A stretch of DNA of 32,000 nucleotides, from assembly GCF_009831105.1 (NCBI RefSeq), contig NZ_WUUQ01000002.1, positions 420,001 to 452,000 of the forward strand, in the 5' to 3' direction. Below, piece after piece: positions 17,218 to 25,894 of this stretch. The translations under genes and the position numbers were made by a program. The notes beneath the pieces are model-generated. The model saw only the letters and a list, made by a program, of their open reading frames with translations, was not told where the DNA came from and ran no database searches. Origin of the DNA: Copranaerobaculum intestinale (GTDB lineage: Bacteria > Bacillota_I > Bacilli_A > Erysipelotrichales > Erysipelotrichaceae). How positions within the stretch are numbered: the first letter of the stretch is position 1; each line of letters starts with the position of its first letter.

Positions 17218-17940
17218 ATGAAAGCTGCAGTCATAGATGATCTTTCTGAATGTAGAAATGAAATTCGTGATTGTCTTCGTCAATATGTTTTTGATCATTT
17301 AATAAATGAACAATTATCCATAGATTATTTCTGCAGCGGAGAAATGTTTTTAGCTGCTTTTCAGAAACAGTCTTATGATTTGATCTTCCTGGATCAATAT
17401 ATGAAGGGATTATCCGGTATTGAAACAGCCCGTTCTATCCGGCAAAAGGATGAGGTTGTATCGCTGATTTTTGTTACCACCAGCCGTCATCATGCGATTG
17501 ACAGCTATCAGGTTAGGGCAAGTGGTTATTTACTCAAGCCTTTTCAATATGCGGAGTTTGAAAATACGCTGTCCATGATTTCAATGAAAAAGCTGAAGCG
17601 TGCGCGATTTATTCATATGGAACGCGAAAAAATTTTATTGCGTGAGATATTATGGTGTGACATTGATGGTCATTATGTGCAAATACACACGAGTGAGCGA
17701 GGTGTTCTGCGTTATCGTTCAGCATTTGTTGAAATTTCAAAAAAGTTATTGGATTATCCGCAATTTCTTACCTGCTATAAAGGTTGTATCGTTAATCTCG
17801 ATCAAGTGAAACGAATCGATGCTTCGGCATTTTTATTAACATCAGATGTATGGATTTCATATTCTAAACGAGACAGAAAAATGATCGAAGCTTATTATTA
17901 TGATTATTTATTCCAAAAGGCAAGGGAGGAGGATATATAG
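17218..17940 (+). CDS. LytTR-family response regulator
   Basis: The receiver is canonical (VIDD, DLIFLDQYM, FVTT, LLKP). A C-terminal LytTR DNA-binding domain follows. The ATG at 17218 is spaced 8 nt from GAAAGAGGG. Confidence 0.9.
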   Translation: MKAAVIDDLSECRNEIRDCLRQYVFDHLINEQLSIDYFCSGEMFLAAFQKQSYDLIFLDQYMKGLSGIETARSIRQKDEVVSLIFVTTSRHHAIDSYQVRASGYLLKPFQYAEFENTLSMISMKKLKRARFIHMEREKILLREILWCDIDGHYVQIHTSERGVLRYRSAFVEISKKLLDYPQFLTCYKGCIVNLDQVKRIDASAFLLTSDVWISYSKRDRKMIEAYYYDYLFQKAREEDI

Positions 17941-19274
17941 TGAATACATTCATGATTCTGCTTTTTCCTTATCTGGATTTCATTCCCTTTGCGGTTCCGC
18001 GATATTTACTGTTTCGTGATAAACTTCGGATTTCATTTCGTTGGGTCATGATTTTGATAATCGCAATGGCAACCGTGAACGCAGCGGTCTTCTATTTCTT
18101 TAACGCAGCTGGTTATGCATTCGCTGCACAATGGACAACCGCGATCCGCTATGGATTTATGCTAATGAATCTTATCTTATCATTTGCATTGATCAAAGAT
18201 AGTTTTGCGAAATTAATGTTTACCTATTTGCTTTTGTTTGCATGGTCGTTTTTTGTGTTCGGTAATGCGAATTTTATTGAAAGCCGATTCTTTTGGGAAT
18301 TCTCAAATATACATCCGTATCTTATTTATAATTGTGCCCGTATGCTTATTTATGGTGTTACTTGTCCTTTTATGTTTCATTTTTTTCATCATACCGTCAG
18401 GGAAGCGATGATGATTCAAGATGATGCTTTATGGCGATATCTTTGGATTATACCGCTTTTTTCGGCAGTTTTCGGTATGCTGTATTGTTTTAATGACGAT
18501 CTTTACGCTTATGCATCATGGGAATTTTTAATATCTCGGTATTTGATGCTGTTGGGATCCTGTTATGTATCCTATGTGGCATTGAAAGTGTTGAAAATTT
18601 CACAAAGCCGCATGCAGCTTGAAGAGACGTTAACCTATACTGATCGGTGTATGATGGCACAGAAAAAACAATTTGATGTGTTGGCAAAGCATATGGAGGA
18701 TATGCAAAAAGCACGTCACGATCTCAGGCAGCATTTAACAGTTGTACAACACTATGTAGATACAGATGATAAAAAAGGTTTAAAAAATTATTTGGAAATG
18801 TATAAGCGGGAATTGCCGGCAGATGTCGTGGAACTTTATAGCCGCAATGACGTTATCAATGCGCTGATATGTTATTACGCGGGACTATCGCGAGATCATA
18901 AGATCCGTTTTGATGCACGGATTGATTATCCGGATACCACTTCCATATCAGAGACTGATATAACGGTATTGCTTGGTAATCTCTTGGAAAATGCAGTTGA
19001 GGCTTGTATGCGGCAACTATCAGGACAAGGCTTTATCAAGCTGCATATGAAAAGTTATAAGAAAAATGCGTTGCTGATTCTGCTTGATAACAGTTGTAAT
19101 GAAACTGTAACCTTTGAGAATGGAATACCGCTTTCTTCAAAGCGTGCAGGGAAGGGAATCGGCGTTGGATCGATAAAAGACATTGCGAAACGATATCATG
19201 GCGTTGTGCGGTTCCAACAAAAGGATAATTTGTTTTGCACTTCAGTAATGATGCAGTATGACGAAAATCAATAA
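17940..19274 (+). CDS. GHKL sensor histidine kinase, AgrC/ComD-like (HPK10) with polytopic N-terminal sensor
   Basis: It has 6-7 N-terminal TM helices. The H-box is ARHDLRQH, the N-box is LLGNLLENAVEA and the G-box is GKGIGVGS. The GTG start overlaps the response-regulator stop by 1 nt, after GGGAGGAGG. Confidence 0.85.
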   Translation: MNTFMILLFPYLDFIPFAVPRYLLFRDKLRISFRWVMILIIAMATVNAAVFYFFNAAGYAFAAQWTTAIRYGFMLMNLILSFALIKDSFAKLMFTYLLLFAWSFFVFGNANFIESRFFWEFSNIHPYLIYNCARMLIYGVTCPFMFHFFHHTVREAMMIQDDALWRYLWIIPLFSAVFGMLYCFNDDLYAYASWEFLISRYLMLLGSCYVSYVALKVLKISQSRMQLEETLTYTDRCMMAQKKQFDVLAKHMEDMQKARHDLRQHLTVVQHYVDTDDKKGLKNYLEMYKRELPADVVELYSRNDVINALICYYAGLSRDHKIRFDARIDYPDTTSISETDITVLLGNLLENAVEACMRQLSGQGFIKLHMKSYKKNALLILLDNSCNETVTFENGIPLSSKRAGKGIGVGSIKDIAKRYHGVVRFQQKDNLFCTSVMMQYDENQ

Positions 19275-19282
19275 GAAAAGAC

Positions 19283-19315
19283 GGTACATTTTCGAAAAAA
19301 GTGTACCTTTTTTTT
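19283..19315 (+). terminator. rho-independent terminator of the two-component operon
   Basis: The stem GGTACA / TGTACC is followed by T8. Confidence 0.7.
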
Positions 19316-19449
19316 GACTTTTAATAAGTGATATAAAGGATATATTTTATATAGTCATTTTAAAATGCTTTTGCAGTAGAAATTTTTTTAAGATCCTCGA
19401 TAAAAAGGAAACAAAGTTTGAAAAAATAAAATGGCTTTGGACGTTTTTA

Positions 19450-19478
19450 TTCAATTATAGTGAAATATGAGGTATAAT
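19450..19478 (+). promoter_or_regulatory. candidate promoter of the murF operon (TTCAAT-N17-TATAAT)
   Basis: The -10 TATAAT is at 19473-19478, 38 nt upstream of the murF ATG. The -35 is weak. Confidence 0.4.
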
Positions 19479-19516
19479 AAAATAGTTAAAATCATATTGA
19501 TAGGAGAGATTTTCAT

Positions 19517-20896
19517 ATGATCGAAAGAAGTGTTGAATCCATCATCCAAATGCTGGATGCTGATTATATTGAAAATGGCGGTTTAACGCGTATGGTGCGC
19601 GGGGTATGCATTGACAGCCGTAAGGTTGTAGAAGGAAATCTATACATACCGATCATCGGAGAACGCGTGAATGGGCATGCATATGCAGTAGCGGCGATCG
19701 AAGCCGGAGCCGCGGCGGTGCTGTGGAATCGAAGCGAACCAAATCCCCCGGCGCAAGTAACGGTGATATTGGTCGATGATACTGTGACTGCGATGCAAAA
19801 TCTAGCTCATGCCTACCGCCGTTCACTGTCAGTGAAAATTGTCGGTATCACCGGAAGCAATGGCAAAACGAGTACCAAGGATATGCTGGCAGCGATGCTT
19901 TCTACAAAGTATGTAACGCAGAAAACATTGGGGAATCAAAATAATGAAATCGGGGTTCCTTTGACCCTGCTTGCCCTTTCTTCTCATACCCAGTGCGCCG
20001 TAGTAGAGATGGGAATCGAGCGTATGAAAGAAATGGAAATGCTGACTGCGATGGTAGAACCGGATATTGCTATACTGACCAATATCGGAACAGCTCATAT
20101 GGTGAATATGGGATCACAAGCGAATATTGCGAAAGCAAAGCTGGAAATCACGCAGGGTATGCCCAAACAGGGCTTGCTGATTGTTCCCGATCAACGGCTT
20201 GTTGCCGATGCGATCGATGCAGCGATGAGAGAACAGCTGCGAATTCAGACCTTTGGAATTGATCCTGATTGTACGGCCTGCCTGCATGATATATATCAGA
20301 GTACCGACGGAGTATCCTTCTGCATCAACGATAATGATGATCAGTATTTTGTTGATATGCTGGGAGAAATACAGGCATATAATGCCGCTGCCGCGTATTT
20401 GGCAGCGCGCGAGCTCGGGATTCAGGATAAAGATATCGCGTTGGGGTTAACCAGAATTGAAAAGACCGGCATGCGCAATGAATTGATGCAGGTTCGAAAC
20501 TGCACAATTTTGAATGATTCTTACAAATCCAATCCACAGAGTGTGATCGCCGCTTTGGATACGATGGAAGCTCTTCCTTCGGCGTATAAAATCGTATTGT
20601 TAGGCGATATGCTGGATCTTGGTAAGGAAGAAGTGATGATTCACTATCAGCTTGGTAAAGCGCTGGCAAAATACAATATTCAGGAAGTGATTACAACCGG
20701 TGATTTAGGCTGTTATATCTGTCAGGGTGCGCGAAGTGCGATGAAGCATGATAATATCCAGCATTTGTGTTCGCAGGAAGAAATTGTCACCTATCTGCGT
20801 CCCTATCTGAATATGGAATGTATGATTCTGGTAAAAGGATCGCGTGCTTTACATTTGGATGAAGTAATTACCGCATTACAGGAAGATGGGGAATAA
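19517..20896 (+). CDS. murF: UDP-N-acetylmuramoyl-tripeptide--D-alanyl-D-alanine(-like dipeptide) ligase MurF
   Basis: The P-loop is GITGSNGKTSTKDM. Other motifs are NNEIGVPLTLL, DIAILTNIGTAHM and SYKSNPQS. The RBS is AGGAGAG. Confidence 0.9.
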   Translation: MIERSVESIIQMLDADYIENGGLTRMVRGVCIDSRKVVEGNLYIPIIGERVNGHAYAVAAIEAGAAAVLWNRSEPNPPAQVTVILVDDTVTAMQNLAHAYRRSLSVKIVGITGSNGKTSTKDMLAAMLSTKYVTQKTLGNQNNEIGVPLTLLALSSHTQCAVVEMGIERMKEMEMLTAMVEPDIAILTNIGTAHMVNMGSQANIAKAKLEITQGMPKQGLLIVPDQRLVADAIDAAMREQLRIQTFGIDPDCTACLHDIYQSTDGVSFCINDNDDQYFVDMLGEIQAYNAAAAYLAARELGIQDKDIALGLTRIEKTGMRNELMQVRNCTILNDSYKSNPQSVIAALDTMEALPSAYKIVLLGDMLDLGKEEVMIHYQLGKALAKYNIQEVITTGDLGCYICQGARSAMKHDNIQHLCSQEEIVTYLRPYLNMECMILVKGSRALHLDEVITALQEDGE

Positions 20897-20899
20897 CGA

Positions 20900-21961
20900 A
20901 TGAAAAAAATAAAATTAGCGATTATATTTGGCGGTCAGTCAAGTGAGTATCCGGTATCCTTACATTCATCGGGATCATTAATACATAACCTTGATATGGA
21001 TAAATATGATGTATTATTGGTTGGCATTACCAAGGATGGCAGATGGCTTTCCTATGAGGGTGATATTGAAAGTATTGAACATGATACCTGGCAGCAAAAT
21101 CCAACCTGTGAGGATATGATTTTATCGCCGGCCGCACAAGGCAAAGGCTTTTTGAAACTGCACAAAGATGGCAGTTATGAGCGTATTGAGGTAGACTGTA
21201 TTTTTCCGGTGCTTCATGGAAAATACGGAGAGGACGGAACCATTCAGGGAATCTTTGAGATGTCCGGTATTCCTTATGTTGGATGCAATACGATGAGTTC
21301 TGCGATCAGTATGGATAAAGAGATGACACATATCGTATGCGGGCATGCCGGAATAGAGATGGCACCGTTTATGTGTGTAAAGAATCAATCCAATTTACAT
21401 TATGATGAAATTTATGAGGAAGCTGTACGAAAAATCGGTTTGCCAATTTTTATGAAACCGGCTTGTGCAGGCAGTTCTTTCGGTATTTCGAAAGCGCATA
21501 ACAAGGATGAATTTATCAATGGCCTTGTATCCGGTTTTCAATATGATCGTAAAATGATCTTGGAAAAGACAATCGATTGTTTTGAAATCGGCTGTGCTGT
21601 AATGGGAAATGAAGTATTAACGGTAGGGAGCATTGATGAAATTCAGACCGGAGCAGAATTCTTCGATTATGAAGGAAAATACAATCTGGTTGATTCAGCA
21701 ATTTACTGTCCGGCCCGCATCAGCGAAGAGCATGCGGCAGCGGCGAAAGCGATGGCGGTGAAAGTGTATCAGGCGATGGACTGCAAGGGTATGGCGCGGG
21801 TTGATATGTTCATTACCAAAGAGGGCAATTTGATATTTAATGAATTAAATACCATCCCGGGATTTACAGCGACTAGCCGCTACCCGTCGATGATGAAGGA
21901 TATCGGCATTGATTTCACGATGCTGATTGATAAACTGGTTGAACTGGCTTTAGAAAAATAG
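20900..21961 (+). CDS. ddl: D-Ala-D-X ligase of the Van (VanG/VanC-like) clade; probable D-alanine--D-serine ligase
   Basis: Similarity to VanG as I recall it is long and collinear: VLHGKYGEDGTIQGIFEMSGIPYVGC, FEIGCAVMGNE, EIQTGAEFFDYEGKY, NELNTIPGFTATSRYPSMMKDIGI. It starts 3 nt after murF. Confidence 0.85.
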   Translation: MKKIKLAIIFGGQSSEYPVSLHSSGSLIHNLDMDKYDVLLVGITKDGRWLSYEGDIESIEHDTWQQNPTCEDMILSPAAQGKGFLKLHKDGSYERIEVDCIFPVLHGKYGEDGTIQGIFEMSGIPYVGCNTMSSAISMDKEMTHIVCGHAGIEMAPFMCVKNQSNLHYDEIYEEAVRKIGLPIFMKPACAGSSFGISKAHNKDEFINGLVSGFQYDRKMILEKTIDCFEIGCAVMGNEVLTVGSIDEIQTGAEFFDYEGKYNLVDSAIYCPARISEEHAAAAKAMAVKVYQAMDCKGMARVDMFITKEGNLIFNELNTIPGFTATSRYPSMMKDIGIDFTMLIDKLVELALEK

Positions 21962-21973
21962 GAGAGTGATGAT

Positions 21974-23128
21974 ATGCTGATCAGTAAATCTCGAGCATGG
22001 TATGAAGTAGATCGAAGCGCGATCAAGCATAATGTAGAAGCAATTCGTGCTTTACTGCATGGGAATACTAAAATCATGGCAGTTGTAAAAGCAAATGCTT
22101 ACGGTGCCGGAGATCTTGAGGTTTCAAAATGCATGCAGGAATGCGGTGTAGACTTTTTTGCGGTTTCTTCCGTAGATGAAGCATTGTCGCTCAGAAAAAA
22201 CGGGATTCAGGAATCGCTGCTGATTTTAGGTTATACACCACCGGAGCATTTTCATTATCTAAGTGAATACCAGATCATTCAGACGCTGGTATCGCTAGAT
22301 TATGCCAAAAAGCTGGATGCGTATTGTGAACAGGCCGGCGTGAAAATCCGTGCTCATGTGAAAGTGGATACCGGTATGTCAAGAATCGGTATTCGCTGTG
22401 TCAAACAGGATGATCATATAGCGGATGTGCTTGAAGCTTACCGTCTGCCGCATCTGCAGGTGGAAGGGATGTTTTCTCATTTTGCGGTATCGGATAATAT
22501 CGATCAGCAGGAACACATTGATTTCACAAACGAACAGATTGCGCAGTTTGAATATGTTCGCAAGAAAATAACGGAAGCAGGCATCAAGCCCGGCATCGTA
22601 CATTTGCAGAATAGCTATGGTATTATCAATTATCCCGAGCTGAGCTATGATTATGTTCGTCCGGGTATTCTGCTGCTGGGCTTTACCAGCGACTGCAAGG
22701 ATCGCTTGGCACAGCCGATTGATTTGAAACCGGCGGTGTCGCTGAAAGCAAATGTTACCTTGGTGAAGACAGTGCAGCCGGGAAGCTGTGTCAGTTATGG
22801 CAGAAACTATCGGCCCAAGGAGCAGCGCCGCATTGCCACGGTATGTCTGGGTTATGCCGATGGTTATCCGCGGTTTGTATCCAATCGCGGTTCTCATGTA
22901 TTGATTCATGGCGAAAAAGCACCGATCGTCGGCAATATCTGCATGGATCAGATGATGGTCGATATCACAGATTTGACATGCGATGTGCAGGAAGGTGATG
23001 TGGTTACCTTTTTCGGTGAGGATCACGGTGCATATCTGGCGATGGATGAACTATCCCACCTGGCACAAACCATCAATAACGAGACGCTTTGCTGGATAGG
23101 CGCTCGCGTACCGCGGATTTATAAATAA
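21974..23128 (+). CDS. alr: PLP-dependent alanine/serine racemase, VanT C-terminal-domain-like
   Basis: VVKANAYGAG contains the PLP Lys. HLQNSYGIINYPELSYDYVRPGILLLG is nearly identical to the VanT racemase motif. ICMDQMMVD is also present. The RBS is AGGAGAG. Confidence 0.88.
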   Translation: MLISKSRAWYEVDRSAIKHNVEAIRALLHGNTKIMAVVKANAYGAGDLEVSKCMQECGVDFFAVSSVDEALSLRKNGIQESLLILGYTPPEHFHYLSEYQIIQTLVSLDYAKKLDAYCEQAGVKIRAHVKVDTGMSRIGIRCVKQDDHIADVLEAYRLPHLQVEGMFSHFAVSDNIDQQEHIDFTNEQIAQFEYVRKKITEAGIKPGIVHLQNSYGIINYPELSYDYVRPGILLLGFTSDCKDRLAQPIDLKPAVSLKANVTLVKTVQPGSCVSYGRNYRPKEQRRIATVCLGYADGYPRFVSNRGSHVLIHGEKAPIVGNICMDQMMVDITDLTCDVQEGDVVTFFGEDHGAYLAMDELSHLAQTINNETLCWIGARVPRIYK

Positions 23129-23161
23129 ACCTGCGGTTTTTTCAAAGTGAGGAATACTATT

Positions 23162-24214
23162 ATGGGGAAAAAATTACAATTTTACGGACTTGATATCACG
23201 AAATTTATTTGTGCACTGCTAGTCATAACCATACATACCGCTCCCTTTATCGAGGTGGCACCCAATGTGAATTTTTATCTGGTTCAGGTAACTGCAAGAA
23301 TTGCTGTACCGTTCTTTTTCCTTGCCAGCGGTTTTCTCTTTTTCATGAAATTAAATCAGGAGGGAACATGGAAGGATGAAGAAAATCTGGATGCGTTGAA
23401 ACGCTATTTGATTCGCATTGGCATTCTGTATTTGTGCTGGTCGGCAATTTACTTTTTATTTACATTTGCATCCTGGTTGAAGGATGGTTTTCAGTGGGTG
23501 ATGTTAGCGCGGTATGTGCGGGATTTCATCTTTACCGGAAGCTGTTATCATCTTTGGTTTCTTCCATCGCTCATAGTAGGGATAGTGATTGCGTATTTTT
23601 TGTATTTTAAAGGTTCGCATGAGACCGCTTTGATCAGTGTTGCAGTTCTCTATATATTGGGGATGCTGATGAATGTGTATGGCAGTCTGCTGCAACAGAT
23701 ACCGATTGTTTCTTCTGTCTATAAAGCGTATACTGCAGTATTTGTAACCTCGCGTAACGGTTTGTTCTTCGCTCCGCTGTTTTTGCTGATGGGAGCATAT
23801 TTTGCGACGACAAAAAGTATTCTGACCAAGCGTGATGCAATAATCGGATTGCTGATCAGCTTGCTGTTGCTGGGGTTGGAGGCTGCGATGCTTAGAAATT
23901 TTCATTACATGAACGATCTGACAAGTATGTATTTATTTTTGATTCCGTTTGAATTTTTTCTGTTTTCATGGGTTGTGCAGCTACAGCCCAAGGAACATAA
24001 AATATATCGCTTCCTGCGAAAGAGCTCTCTTTTGATTTATGTATCGCACATATTGTTTGTGATGATTTTGACACCGCTTTGGAAACTGCTGTTTCATACG
24101 GCAATCGGCAATCTGCCGCTGTATCTTTTGACTACGATATGCAGTTTGCTGTTTGCGGGAATTTTTATTTATGCAGCCGATACGAAACTGAAATGGCTGA
24201 AAGTATTCTATTAA
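23162..24214 (+). CDS. acyltransferase-3 family membrane protein homologous to the VanT N-terminal membrane domain
   Basis: Motifs are collinear with VanT residues about 1-330: RIAVPFFFLASGFLF, CYHLWFLPSLIVG, SRNGLFFAPLFLLMG, LTSMYLFLIPFEFFLF. The ATG at 23162 has a GTGAGGA RBS. Confidence 0.8.
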   Translation: MGKKLQFYGLDITKFICALLVITIHTAPFIEVAPNVNFYLVQVTARIAVPFFFLASGFLFFMKLNQEGTWKDEENLDALKRYLIRIGILYLCWSAIYFLFTFASWLKDGFQWVMLARYVRDFIFTGSCYHLWFLPSLIVGIVIAYFLYFKGSHETALISVAVLYILGMLMNVYGSLLQQIPIVSSVYKAYTAVFVTSRNGLFFAPLFLLMGAYFATTKSILTKRDAIIGLLISLLLLGLEAAMLRNFHYMNDLTSMYLFLIPFEFFLFSWVVQLQPKEHKIYRFLRKSSLLIYVSHILFVMILTPLWKLLFHTAIGNLPLYLLTTICSLLFAGIFIYAADTKLKWLKVFY

Positions 24215-24226
24215 TGGAGAATTTAT

Positions 24227-25813
24227 ATGCTTAGAATGAACGGACTTCGGCTTACGATCGATCAGCCGGTGGAGCATTTATCTGAGAAAGTGTGTAAACA
24301 GCTGCACATCCCGCATGCTGCGCTGCTGGATTTAAGAATTGTCAAAGAATCGATTGATGCCCGCAAACGCAATGAAATCTACTTTACCTACACGGTGGAT
24401 ATCATGGTTGCCGATGAACGGCAGGTGCTGGCAAAGCACGGTGATCTGGTAAGATCAGTTGAGCCATATGTCTATCAGATGCCTGAACGTGGCAGGGCGA
24501 TTTTGAAGCATCGACCAGTAGTTGTTGGATTTGGTCCGGCTGGGATGTTTGCGGCTTTGCTTTTGGCGCAGGCGGGACTTCGCCCGATTGTACTGGAACG
24601 CGGTGACGCGGTGGATGATCGGATTGAAAGCGTCAATCGTTTTTGGACAAAAGGCATACTGGATGCTTCCAGCAATGTACAATTTGGAGAAGGCGGTGCC
24701 GGAACGTTCAGTGATGGAAAACTAACGACCCGGGTAAAGGATTTGCGGGCTCAAAAAGTACTTACGGAGCTTGTGAATGCCGGGGCGCCGCAGCAAATAC
24801 AGTATGAGGCGCATCCTCACATTGGAACTGATCGATTACGGGAAATTGTAAAAAATATCCGAAAGGAAATCCTCGCATTAGGCGGAGAAGTAAGATTTCG
24901 AGCACAATTGGATGGCATCGAACAGGATCGCCAAAGGCTCATGGGAGTATTAGTCAACCATGAGCTATTGCCTTGTGAACAGCTGATATTGGCAATCGGT
25001 CACAGTGCTAGAGACACTTTTCAAATGCTTTATGAATCACAGATTGAGATGATTGGCAAGCCGTTTGCCGTAGGAGTTCGGATCGAGCATCCGCAACATC
25101 TGATTGATGAAGCTCAGTATGGAAAATACGCCGGACACCCGCGCCTGAAAGCAGCTGAGTATCGGCTAACGCATCGCGCTGCCAACGGCCGAGGCGTTTA
25201 CACGTTCTGTATGTGTCCGGGTGGCTTTGTAGTTCCAAGCGCTTCTGCTGAGGGGCAGGTTGTAGTCAACGGCATGAGTGAATATGCCCGTGATCAGACA
25301 AATGCCAATAGTGCAATGCTGGTACAGGTAAACCCAAATGATTTCGGCGTGCATCCCCTTGATGGAATCCGCTATCAGCAAGCGCTTGAACAAAAGGCTT
25401 TTATATTAGGCGGCGGGAATTATCATGCGCCGGTGCAGCTAGTCAAAGATTTTTTGAATCAACAAGCATCCACAAAACTGGGCTCCGTAAAACCAAGCTA
25501 TGCAATCGGTGTTACCCCGTGCGATCTGCGGCAGCTTTTCGATCCGGCGATACAAAAGGGACTGGAGGAAGGTCTATGTGGATTTGATCGGCAGCTGAAA
25601 GGCTTTGCTATGGATGATGCGGTCATGACTGCGGTAGAAAGCCGTTCCAGCTCCCCGCTTCGCATCCTTCGTAATGATGATACCTATGAATCCTTATCTT
25701 TGAACGGTATGTATCCATGCGGGGAAGGAGCCGGCTATGCGGGAGGAATTGTATCTGCGGCGATAGACGGTATTCGCTGTGCAGAAACGATCCTAAAGAA
25801 ATATGAACGATGA
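24227..25813 (+). CDS. uncharacterised FAD-dependent dehydrogenase (COG2509-like)
   Basis: The dinucleotide-binding motif is VVVGFGPAGMFAALLLAQAG. The length is about 530 aa. The C-terminal GEGAGYAGGI motif is present. It starts 12 nt after the preceding gene. Confidence 0.75.
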   Translation: MLRMNGLRLTIDQPVEHLSEKVCKQLHIPHAALLDLRIVKESIDARKRNEIYFTYTVDIMVADERQVLAKHGDLVRSVEPYVYQMPERGRAILKHRPVVVGFGPAGMFAALLLAQAGLRPIVLERGDAVDDRIESVNRFWTKGILDASSNVQFGEGGAGTFSDGKLTTRVKDLRAQKVLTELVNAGAPQQIQYEAHPHIGTDRLREIVKNIRKEILALGGEVRFRAQLDGIEQDRQRLMGVLVNHELLPCEQLILAIGHSARDTFQMLYESQIEMIGKPFAVGVRIEHPQHLIDEAQYGKYAGHPRLKAAEYRLTHRAANGRGVYTFCMCPGGFVVPSASAEGQVVVNGMSEYARDQTNANSAMLVQVNPNDFGVHPLDGIRYQQALEQKAFILGGGNYHAPVQLVKDFLNQQASTKLGSVKPSYAIGVTPCDLRQLFDPAIQKGLEEGLCGFDRQLKGFAMDDAVMTAVESRSSSPLRILRNDDTYESLSLNGMYPCGEGAGYAGGIVSAAIDGIRCAETILKKYER

Positions 25814-25841
25814 AGCAGGAATTTTCCTGCTTTTCTTATTT
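25813..25841 (+). terminator. rho-independent terminator ending the murF operon
   Basis: The 8-bp stem AAGCAGGA / TCCTGCTT has a 4-nt loop and a T-rich tail. Confidence 0.7.
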
Positions 25842-25894
25842 TCAGGCGTGCTATTTTCACCATGCTATGCGTAGACTGTATCGAGGTGAAGCGC

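Noticed and set aside
19431-19460. A 9-codon ORF (MALDVFIQL) downstream of the kinase could be an autoinducing-peptide precursor.
   Set aside because: There is no RBS at useful spacing. The ORF is far too short for an AgrD/ComC-type precursor, and no processing gene is present.
19316-19516. The long AT-rich leader before murF could hold a riboswitch or T-box.
   Set aside because: No conserved T-box sequence, specifier or antiterminator architecture, or other riboswitch core is recognisable. The region reads as a plain AT-rich promoter region.
20900-21961. The ligase could be a VanA/B-type D-Ala-D-Lac (depsipeptide) ligase.
   Set aside because: The omega-loop reads FFDYEGKY. This retains the Tyr aligned with DdlB Tyr216 and lacks the longer VanA-type loop with His. 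No vanH or vanX is nearby. The partner is a VanT-like racemase, which fits D-Ser rather than D-Lac.
22379-23026. A 215-aa minus-strand ORF lies inside the racemase gene. Similar antisense ORFs occur at 7942-8424, 12496-13096, 23504-24277 and 24455-25393.
   Set aside because: They are shadow ORFs opposite strongly supported genes. None has an RBS or a recognisable motif.
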